Source: Carcharhinus amblyrhynchos
Taxonomy: Eukaryota
Length of the DNA: 64,000 nucleotides
Assembly (NCBI GenBank): GCA_965287045.1
Contig: OZ336880.1
Span: 63,116,001-63,180,000, forward strand
Direction: 5' to 3'
Made by a program: the position numbers and the translations under genes. Position 1 is the stretch's first letter. Every line of letters starts with the position of its first letter. Of this stretch, positions 1-10,762 are shown one piece after another. The notes under the pieces were generated by a model, which saw only the letters and a program-made list of their open reading frames with translations, searched no databases and was not told the DNA's origin.

Positions 1-669
1 TCTTTAGTTATGCATTCTATCCATGCTTTTTTATCTGAATATCAGTGTTGCACCTGCGTGCTCTTTTTTAAAAAATTTAAGCGAAGTTTTTACTGGACCT
101 CTGACAGGTCCTGGTGCTAATTCCAACTCATCGTCCCTTGTAAAGAGAGGCCTGAAATATTGTAGACCAGCAGGATAGGTTTAAGGTTGCATCAACGTTT
201 GTATAGTAAGTGACTGAAGTACTCAGCCCCTGGGTGCAGTGTAGGCAGAATTCATTCTTTCAGAAAGATATCGCCCTGTTTGACAATTCCCATGGATTTC
301 GAAGTTGTCCTCCACCCACCAAAAATACGCTTCCATCAAAAATTGCCAACACCCTGCCAGTAAATTAAGGTTTGTTTGCCTCTCATTAGTTCATTCCCAC
401 AATACTGGATTCATGAACATTTTAGCATTTCGACCGGTTCATTAATTGCTTCTGTATTATTAAAGGATAAATGTTGCAGATATGCACTCATCAGCAGCAC
501 TTCTTCCACTGTCCTTAGGAAGAAAGTTGGAGTTCTGCAGCAGATTTCGTGATCTCAACACCTCCCAGAGCAATGCATAGCCTCTGAAGGACATTTGAAG
601 TCTAGTCAGTATTGTAATGTTAGACAGAGCTGCAGACGCCAGCAGGAAGGGCAATGGAAACGAATGTAC

Positions 670-860
670 TAGTGCTGTTGGTTGAGGAATACATTTTGGC
701 CTGGCCACCTTCTCTCAATTTGATGTTTCAGATTTACCATAGAATCTCTTCCATTCACCTGAGAGGGCGGGGAGGATTTCACTTGAAACTCGGGGAGTGC
801 AGCACTCAAGACTGTGGAGTTGACTGGAACTAAACTCCTTTGTCTCAGACTGAGCTGAGG
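670..860 (-). mobile_element. Highly decayed DeuSINE/SacSINE1-like remnant
   Basis: Segments gttggttgaggaatacattttggcc, ccatagaatc..cacctgagagggc and gtgcagcactc occur in the same order as in the better-preserved copy at 39895-40410; recognised by eye. Confidence 0.4.
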
Positions 861-1753
861 GCCAAAGCGGACACTAAATTGCATTGCCAGAAATTACACC
901 TGTTAGAGCTGCCCGTTCCTGTAATTTCAATAACGATCTTTCATTGTGCTTTCAATTTGCATAAACTATTCCATATTTTGCTGCAAGATGAATTTGACAC
1001 TGTGGAGGTCAGGCGACTCTTAAAATGTGCACGATATTAAGAGGTTGTTGACGGAAATTATAGAGAGACGCCGGAGACCAAATAAAAGCACCGTTATCGA
1101 GAATGCAGACTCAGTTACAGCTTTGAAAAAGTGGCGTACGGAAGTGTGACCGGGGAGGGGGAACATATCTGGTAAATAATGTTATTACTGCAAAACGACG
1201 CCTTAATCACTGAGTGTCCAGTTGTATATTCATGGCGTCCGATGAGTCGTTCAGTCCCACTATATTCATAATAAATCAGAGCGCTGGTTGCACATAATTC
1301 AATCGCAAATGGGTCGACTTAGCATATATGTATGAAATAACTCAGCAACAAGAGTGTAGGCTCTTTATAGTGTGCTGTGACTTGCTGCAAAACTGCAGAA
1401 CGCGGACACCTGGAAGCAACTCGACAGCGAACAATTTGCACTGCTTCAAACAAACCCCAGCGGCTTCAGTAACCATTTATATCCCCCGTTCATCTTCAAT
1501 CTGCAAGAATGTGAAATTAAGCCTTCTTTCGTTTGATATGCGGGATCCCGCATTGTCATCCGAAAGGCAGGAGCCGCCACCTTATTTTATACTCCTTAAT
1601 TTTCTAAAGAATAAACCATGGGATGGCAGAGTGAATACGTTAAGATAGTTACAGTACCTAGGGATAGATTCGGAGGCCAAATGAAGTAAATAATTTCGGC
1701 ATCCTGTCATCTCGACCAGCGTATTCATCAAATTACTAAATGAAAAAGAACAC

Positions 1754-1823
1754 TTTTCACAGTAACTTCATTATAGTGTTAATGTAAGCCTACTTGTGAC
1801 ACTAACTAAACTAAGCTAAACTT
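1754..1823 (+). mobile_element. Isolated 3' tail of a SINE/LINE
   Basis: ttttcacagtaacttcattatagtgttaatgtaagcctacttgtgacactaa is nearly identical to the reverse complement of 50720-50773, the tail of the SINE at 50712-51008; it ends in short ctaaa-type repeats. Confidence 0.7.
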
Positions 1824-4100
1824 TATGTTCAAAGGTACATGTAATTGTTGCTCCCAAAGTCGGTCGAAACTTGTAGCCATTCACTAAGTGTTGAATACTG
1901 CGCCCTAAATCCGCACAGTGTACTTGAATCCGATTGTCAATGGTGTGTCGAGATATTTTATTTGAATGTTGGCACAGAGGTTATGTAGATTGTCCGGAAA
2001 TTAAAACTTGAGTTACTAGGCAGAGTGAAATAAAACAGTTGCGGCCCATTTTATTCCATGGTATCTAGATTTTGTAATAGGCAGCGAGGAATGAACTAAT
2101 TCTACGCATTATACGAAGGAAACCCCTTTCAACCCTCCCCATTTCCTGCAGTCCTCAGTCTCAGACACTTGGAATTCAGTCCAGAAACGGATCACTCTTT
2201 ATGTACAGATAATCAGTTGAAGTGTTTTACCGTTGGAGGACAGACCTTCACGGTGGATTTTAATTTAGAAAGTAAAATAATCCAATGTTGTTCCGACTTC
2301 AGGTGAACTTGTAAAAGCTGCAATAAGGCAACCGAGACATGGGGCGCAACACAAGCAAATCCGTCTCACACCTCTCTATAAACTACAGAGCTACCACCAT
2401 GTGGTAATAATAAGCTAACACTTGGGGAAAAGTATGAGAACGAGTCTGCTGAAGATATCAACATTTAGATCGAACCGACTTTCAAAGGTCGTACTTCGAC
2501 AGATCTCGGTGTGAGACTGGAGTTTAAATATTGTCCTGACCTCTTGAACGTTTACATCTAGGACTAGATACTAAACTGTTGTTTCAAATAGCTGCTGAGA
2601 GTAATAACTAAACCTATAAAATAATGCCTACTTGGGCTTGGATGCATATTAAGAATCTGTATTAAAATAATGCAGTCTTGTGAAAATGTGAATATATTCG
2701 GATTATTGATAAACCTATTTATTGGACATTACTTTCCATTCTTGGGAAATGATTGCATTAACACACTTGAATGTTTGAGAAGAGAATTGCCTTCTGCTCA
2801 TTCCTTAGAGTGTAATTCGAACATATTGAAAGTTATTAATGTGAGAAAAGGAAGTTCTCCAGTAAATATCGATTACTTTGGTCACTGGCAGCTGGGTATC
2901 TAATCACCAAGCGCATTGCTGAGGAAAATGCACGCCCCCTTAGTGTTTAGTTCTAGTACTACACAATATAATGGCCTATCCAAGATCAATTGCTGATTAA
3001 CGCATATTACTGTGGATTAAACATGTTCACTATCGTTATGATCTAAGGTTTCATGTTGATCTAAATCTTGATATACATATAAGAAGATGTTTCAAATATC
3101 TGGCCGCAAATTGTTTCCCAATTAAAGCTAAGGAGCTGGGAAACATCATGCAAATGTGCAATTTATTTAGTTTTGTTTCATTGGGAAAACATTCGTTCAC
3201 TCTTACACTCACTTAGTAAAACGAATTCGCAACACAGATATGAAGGGATTGACTGTCTCTCGTAAAGTCTGGGCTTAAAAAAAACCCGTCTTATTTCTGA
3301 AGCTGCTTTTTTTTACAGGAAAGAGCGATAAACGCTGGTTTACATTAATCAGATACAATTTGATTACCAACTGCATCAAAAATTGTTCAACAACCCTGCC
3401 ATGAAATTCATATTGTTCTAAGCACGAATTTAATTGCAGAAAAATTGCCAATTAAATGCTGCACGTTTTTGTAACTTACTAATATTCGCATTAATATCTT
3501 ACTGCAACCACGTGGAGATGTTTACAGGGCCCCAGAACTGGTTGCAAAGTGCTCCAAAAAAAATGCAACGCTGCCACCGTGGGACTTTGTCTAGAGTGGC
3601 GACAGGCTTTCAGCTTTTGCCGCGGAGATATTAAATATTCGCGCTTCAATTAACCTTTCTTTACTTCAAAGTAAATTTTAATTTTACTTCATTTTTGCAT
3701 TGCTCCGAATCAACAAACGCGCGAAATGTGTAACTACAAGAGCATCAACAGAACGGTTTGGTTTAATTAAAGCGTTAATTAAAGTGTTTTGTTTTTGATT
3801 GAATAATTGAATTATTCAAATGACCATTAAAATAAGTTAAGTATGCAACTAGATTCTGGGTGGACAGACCTAGATGTGAAGTAGAAAACAACACGAAAGC
3901 ATCATTATGACCACGATTCTGTACCCCCAGTAATGTGGATTCTACTCACGCACAAATAATGTAACAGTGCAAGCAATGTGACTGGATCATTACCTCACTC
4001 TGCTAGAATTGTTGTTACATATTATATGTCCTTTATAACTTCTGTCAAATAATCATATCAAATTATTTGAATGGATTGGATTAGCGCAGACCAAACCAAT

Positions 4101-4117
4101 TGCGCTAGGTGGCGCTT
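4101..4117 (+). promoter_or_regulatory. CTCF-like motif
   Basis: gcgctaggtggcgct matches the CTCF core CCRSYAGRKGGCRC except at the first base; motif match only. Confidence 0.4.
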
Positions 4118-7100
4118 CCGGTCTTCAGTCTGCACAAGTAGGTGTGATAAAGCGGCTAAACTTAGGTCATCTCAACCAAAAACATACACTTTTGTTGGTA
4201 TCAATCCTGGAGCACAGTCCTGTAAGGAATTGTAGAAGATCATGCAGCACTAAATAAACTTGACTTTTGTCACGGCACAAAAACCACTAAAGCTATATTT
4301 TTTTTAAAGCAGAATACTTTTACGCCGCATTCGTGACAACTGAAAGGAGGCACAGTCTAACGAAATCGCACATTCATGTATTTACTGTGCTACAATTGTC
4401 GACCCTTCTGAAGAATTGCAACTGCGGCAGGCGGAAGGGGCACTGCAATAACTTACTCAAAATTCAGAAACGTTTCGGGGATCCCCGTAAGATTCCTATT
4501 GTGTTCACATAAATCTGCCTTGTCTTTAACTTGAATGAAATGCATTGTCACAAGATGCCTCGGGCTAATAGATACGGTGAAGAATGTCATTTTTTTCTCC
4601 CTCTCTGAACATGCGGTTTGAATTCCGCGTGCCACGCTAAATACACAGGAAAGGGTGTGTTTTGATAAAACCCCCCAAAAAAGCCCTGTTATTAAAGCAT
4701 CAAAGTTTTCAGCTGAGGAAAAATACTCTCCGATTGCAGATTATCCGACAAGACAAATTGATTCTGAACCCTTGTCTTTTTGATTTCCCCATACCTCCAA
4801 GACTGTAATTTCATTCGATCACTGCACTCACCTTTGAAGCACAGCTCGCTTTTAGTGAATTCTTACAAATAGGCCTCGTACACTTTCCCAATCGTTTGTT
4901 TTATATTGGAAAAGAAAGGTGAGAGTGTTGGGCCTGCAGCTATTTGCGAAATGTTCTTCATGTACGAATAACTGGGATGATTAATTCCCCGAGCTGCCGC
5001 TGGGCCGCAGCAGAATTACATCATGAAAAAACAGTCTACTCCCGACACAGGCTTTCTTTTTGCATTGATCACTGAAGGACTTTTTTTTGTTTCTGTTTCT
5101 CAGAAGTAATGCATTTAGCAATTTACCAAAGTTTGAAGCTTGGCTGCCAGTTTCTTGCCAAGGCGCCCAGGAATTTGAACAGAAAGGCGTAATTTGGCTT
5201 TTTTAAAAAAAATTATAGCAGTTTAAAATACCCATGCGCTGTGAATATTATAATTATTTTTCCCTTCCGCCCATTTGTCTTTCATTTCGTTCGCTTCATT
5301 TTATCCTTTTGAGTCGTGGTTAGCAATTTTGGTTAAGCGTTTTAATAGCGGAACTATTTCGGAGCACTTGCGAGTGGGTCAAATTAGAACTATCAACATT
5401 TAGAATTTACCTCCCCGAGTCATTGTGAGGGGGCTCGACTTCGAGTTAAAAAAAACTCTTAATTAAAACATTGAAATATTTCGCGAGTTGATTTAGGAAG
5501 ACCAACTAAACATGTGGCCTGTGCTCAGTACAACCTAAGATCATAATGCATCATCAGAACAATGCGATTGTACCTATTTAGACATCTCGACTGCCATGCA
5601 TTCCACAGTTTGATCGCTGGGTTACACAAATGCAAGCGCGCCGCGCTATTTAGTGAATTTATTTTCCGTCTATGAAATTAATACATTCGTTTTGTGTAGT
5701 TTTCTGCATGTTTATTTTCCATTCATGTCTGTGCATATTAACTCCACCGAAAGGGGCGGATATCCCAACTTGTAATGGACAAGTGGAGATCATCATGCAC
5801 TGCTAATAACCACAGCACTGCTTTATAATCTTTGAAATGTTCCGTCTTAACCGTTCTCTCTTTCTATTCCCTTGCCGTTCCCTGTGTATTATTATCCTCT
5901 GAATACGTGCTAGCGACTGGCAAGTCTATATCTGAATGCACAAAGTGAGGCTTTCCCGGGATTTAAGGTTCGCCTGTTTTGTGCCCAGACGTGCAGTTAA
6001 GCGTTAAATGATTCGTTAGCTGCGCATTTTGGAGACAAGAGTCCACAGCCCAGCACACTCACAGACCATGGCACGTGACACTTGGATGTCCAGAGCGACA
6101 TCAGTGGACTTTCCACCAGAAAGTGCCCGACCTCAGCGCAGGATAGAGGTTCACTTTACACCATGCTTACCTTCACTCCTAATAAAGACTTTTTGACGCT
6201 CTCTCCGTGGGTTGAAATTTAAAATGATAGAAATAAACCAGTCAGCCTAACAGTGATTTTAAGTATTCTGTAAAGGAAACCCTTTTACGTCCTTTTATTT
6301 CATTTGCAGGCTCAGAAGTAAAAATGGCGACTTGATTGCTGTGATGCTAATATATTTAAAATGTGGCACATTTGGTGGTATATATTGAGCAAATAATTGT
6401 AATATGACAACCATTTGCTGACCTTAACAAATTTGTGGGTCGTGCCAAAGAATGTAGCACAGCGCAGGATGACATTTGAAGTTATCAAACATTATTTCAA
6501 AAAATGTGTTGCTATTTTCTCGAAGGTGCTATGTAATTTGATTGCACGGGACGCGTTATTAGAGTTTCTTAAGCTAATGGGGTCTCTTAGGTTCCTTTAC
6601 AAATTGGTACCAAATCATTTGATCAGTGCTGAATTACCACAATGAAAGGATCGGCAGGTAATGACTTGCTGCCCCACACATTTCCGATGTCTAGCGTTGG
6701 GGACATAGAATGTGTACAGCTTGACCTTACAGCTCCTAATTAGAATGGTGCATTTGTGGAAGAAATCTATTCGCATTCAATTCAGACAAAACCCCTGGTC
6801 ACCGATTCGCTGTAGGAGCGATGAAATCCATTGTATGGGAACAACTCATTTACGTCCTTCAAGGACCAGCCGAAAGTGATTTGATCACGACCTTTAGATA
6901 TGTTGGACATAGGAGTTGTATATTCCAGTGTCACAACAGACTGTTTAATAAGAAGGAAGCACTGGCGAGAAATCAAACTGGAAGAATATAATATATTAAA
7001 AAAGTTTACACAATTTTAGCATTATCGCCCTTAACAGTGAATAAATTTACGTGCCTTGCATAACACATAGTTTTTTTTATTAGAAAGCATGTTCCACTTT

Positions 7101-7322
7101 ATCAAGCGGACAGATGAACACACCGGCTTGGAAACGATAATTTACATTTAGTATTTTTTTCCGTATTTAAGAGTAAATCACCTGACAAATCTCTGAGGCT
7201 CTGTGTTATGATACAAAACTGGAGGTTTTCCTTCTGAGGCGCCACTCTGTATAAATTGCCCCAGCTCCAGGATGTATATACAGGATTTGCAATGGGTGTG
7301 TGTATCATATTCAATAATAAAA

Positions 7323-7454
7323 NNNNNNNNNNNNNNNNNNNNNNNNNNNNNNNNNNNNNNNNNNNNNNNNNNNNNNNNNNNNNNNNNNNNNNNNNNNNNN
7401 NNNNNNNNNNNNNNNNNNNNNNNNNNNNNNNNNNNNNNNNNNNNNNNNNNNNNN
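7323..7454. other. Assembly gap (132 N)
   Basis: Run of N characters. Confidence 1.
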
Positions 7455-9704
7455 GGAGCATTATTCAACCAGCTTTATCAGCAGCTTCTAAATTACGTTT
7501 AGGATCTCTCAGCGTGTAATATCGCCCTGCTTACTTTGATTAAGCGTCTTGCCAGGGAATACTGACAGTGCTTTTGACCAGATTTTATTCACTCACATGT
7601 GATGAACGCCAAGCTGATCAGGCGGAATGAAGAGTAATTAAAACCTATAAATTATCTTTTGCAGCGCTTCTCAAGGCGTCTCTTGCAGTCGAGATAAGCC
7701 ACCGATACTCCATTTACTGCATGAAAAGGACTGAATCCAACAATGGCTACGTGGCTAAATGGGATATTGATAGTGTCGTAATTAGAATTTAATTAAGTAC
7801 CCAGGCTCGCTTTTGGGATAAAGATTTCAATTTTGCTAACTTAAATATAAATAAACCTTTAGTTCCAAAGGAAGCTTGTTTTTTTGTCAAACGAGCACAA
7901 TGTTTAATTGTTGTTTACTGTTCGCCTTCTCCAAAACAACAGTTTCGTTATTTCCCACTTCTTAAAGAAATGGTGCACGATTTCAGGGGTTGTTTTGTAT
8001 TTTAACTTCTTTTGTACATTAAAAAAAGGAAACTTTCAAACGGCAGAAATGGACATATCGCCGTTACACCTATTTGCAAATTGTTCTTTCCTGCTTAGAA
8101 TGGTGGGCTTTCTGAAATATTCCTTCAAACTTCATGGGTTTTGTAACTAACACAGAGGCATTTAATCAAACGAAAGTATACTTGCAGCATGATGTAGTTT
8201 ATTTATTATTGAAACCAACTAACAAGGAAGCATTGTGCAAACGTTTTAACCCGAGTACTCTGACAAAAAAAGATTAAAAATTTCCACCAGGCATTTTTAA
8301 TGAATAGAAGTATAACTTGTAACAAGAATACATTTGCAGGGGGCGCTTCCATTGAGAGCTGCTGTTTTATTAGAATTGGTGATCATTTACACATTATTAT
8401 CCGTCTTCATTTCACCAAAACGCGCGTAACGTGAAACGTTCTTGCACGCTCAATAACAAAAACTGAAATTTTCATTTGCAACGTTCTTTCCCGAATTATT
8501 TGTGCACATTTTAAAATACCTGACCATACTCTGTCACAAAGATTGCATTCCTTGTTGCAATGACGCTGGGGACAGCGATTGGAACATTGTTTAGGTACAG
8601 GTATCTCTTCGATCCAAAACAAACACGACAATGTGTTTATTATTTGTGAAGGATCAGTGTCTCATCGGAGAGCCTTGCTTACTTTTTGAAAAAAGAACAG
8701 GAGTTTGTATCGGTTTAAATGGTCATAAAGCTACACGTAAAGACAACGTAAGATGCATATTATAACATAATTACTAGAAAATGGAGAAAGTACCCACTAC
8801 TAATATTTATATTCTTGCGTGAAAAAAACTGCAAAACTTTATTAGATAATTAACTGTAACTTTAGTAGTATTAATTAATTCTAGAATTTTCCCTCGGCAA
8901 AACTAATACAACTTTTTTTACCAGATGGTCTACATTGTTTTGTATCATTAGTATCTTGTGTGAATCTATTAATTTTGTCTCGATAGGCGAAGCGTCATTC
9001 ATTTTAAGTGGAACATATTATCTTAAATGTATTATTTCTCACAATTCAGTGGCACAGTTTAGAAGCAGCACACCACATTTTGAGTTCATAGCTCATCTTC
9101 ACTCAAAACTTGACGAAGCCCTATTTCTCTGCAGCTGCTGGAACGTACAGCGCGCATTAATAATCTACTAGAAGATTGCGCCTTTACTAATAAGACAAAT
9201 GGAGAGAGAAGAGCCAAGATGGGAAAAGAAGATGCAAAGTTTCATCGTCAATAAAAAAGTAAAATGCAATTATTGGTGGCTGGAGTTACACAATCATATC
9301 GACAGAAAGATGCACATAGATATATGTATATACACCGTTGCAAAATATTGTACCACTAAAGTATGTGCATTTTAATCTTATTCATGTACACTACTTCCGC
9401 GATGAAACTCAATAATTTTGTACTCACTGTTTTATACAATATGCTTCTGCTGTGTTAATATATTAGCTATCTCCCAGTTATTTGAAACCCGCGGAAAGCA
9501 TCTAGTTGGTTTGACATGTTTCAGAATTAACATTGCTTTAAAAAAAAGGGGTGTTCACACCAGTCTTGGACTCTCTCTGAATCTAAAAAATCTGAGTGTT
9601 GATTTTGGCGTGGGCCCTTTTTTTTGGCTTATTGGGAAAGACAGTGAGATCTGCAGACACAGCGGTGAATCCCTCATTACATTTCATCTGGCTTTTATTT
9701 ATTT

Positions 9705-9835
9705 GCCCAGGGCGGCGGCTCTGATTGGACGGCGTCAGCGCTGTCACTAGGAGATCACCCCGGGGGCCTGACGCCGAGCTCTGTGATTGGTGGATCGCAC
9801 GTGCCTACCATTCACGTGCTTCCGGTTCCCTGCAA
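9705..9835 (+). promoter_or_regulatory. Putative en1 proximal promoter
   Basis: CpG-rich block 430-550 nt upstream of the ATG. It contains two reverse CCAAT boxes (attgg 9724-9728, 9786-9790), inverted half-CRE TGACG sites (9730-9738, 9768-9776), ctgtca (9741-9746), two CACGTG E-boxes (9798-9803, 9813-9818) and an ETS-type cttccgg (9819-9825). The TSS is inferred, not seen. Confidence 0.7.
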
Positions 9836-10165
9836 AAAGTGCCTGAGAGAGGCTGCGATTTAGGAGTTTGCAAAGCCCGCACTGTCAGAGAGAGAGAGAG
9901 ACTCACACACAGAGAGAGGGGGAATCGGCACACGGACTCCCAAACAAAGATCAATGTAGTGCCAGCCCCAGTAAGTATGTGATGTGGGGGTGAAAACCAC
10001 CACCCAGACACTCGCCATGCCAAACCCCTAGGACAAGTGTCGTTTGCAAAGTGAGCTTGGGGAGGGGAAAGCCTGTGGAAAGTGATCCAGACAAGGTGCC
10101 TTTGGCTTCCCCTCCTTTCGAACACGCCGCCTCTCTCAAGTGGGGAAGTCGGTGAAATTGACAGA

Positions 10166-10252
10166 TTTTACCCCCCTCCTCCTCCTCCCCTTCCCCTCAC
10201 CCCCCCCTCTCCTCCCTGTCCCCCCCCCCGGCCCCCCTCCCCCTTCCCCCCT
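10166..10252 (+). repeat. C-rich polypyrimidine tract immediately 5' of the en1 start codon
   Basis: Almost pure C/T with many runs of 4 or more C; the complementary strand is G-run rich. Confidence 0.9.
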
Positions 10253-10257
10253 GAAAT

Positions 10258-10762
10258 ATGGAAGAGCAAAAGGATCAAAACAATCGTCTGGAAAGTCGAG
10301 AATCGAGCGAGGCGGAAAGCGTTTCTCTCTCTCCACCTTTTCAGTCTCCCCAAATCCAGCCCCATCCAGCGGCGCAGCCGCCGCACAGAAACACCAACTT
10401 TTTTATTGACAATATCCTGAGGCCGGACTTTGGGTGCAAGAAGGACAGAGATCGGGCGCAGACATCCGGCAGAGAGAACGTCAACCCGCTCACCAGGCCG
10501 TTGAACGCCTCGAGTCTGAGCCCGAGTTTAGACTGTACTGACAGCTCGTCGCAGCCCTCCAAACAGCCCCAACCAAAGCAAACCGAAGGCAATGGAACTC
10601 ATTCGGCAAAGTATGCAGAAAACACTGGCTCGGCGCTCATGCTTGTGGGAGCCAATGCAGAACCTATATCTAACAGTGATGGAATCAAATCAGCATCAGC
10701 AACGTCTCTTATGTGGCCTGCCTGGGTTTATTGTACTAGATATTCAGATAGACCCTCCTCCG
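10258..10762 (+). CDS. en1: Homeobox protein engrailed-1, coding exon 1
   Basis: ATG at 10258 (MEEQ...). Contains EH1 (TNFFIDNILRPDFG) and EH2 (MWPAWVYCTRYSDRPSS). Ends at G|gtaag, the conserved phase-1 engrailed intron position. Confidence 0.97.

Noticed and set aside
2443-2480. Hammerhead-like ctgaaga..atc/gat..cgaac motif
   Set aside because: It has GAAC instead of GAAA and no valid stem III or cleavage triplet; at most a dead Penelope relic.
7102-7519. ORFs spanning the N run
   Set aside because: Artefacts of the assembly gap.
10082-10420. Pro-rich and Gly-rich ORFs overlapping the en1 leader on both strands
   Set aside because: Low-complexity translations of the C-rich tract, mostly with non-ATG starts.
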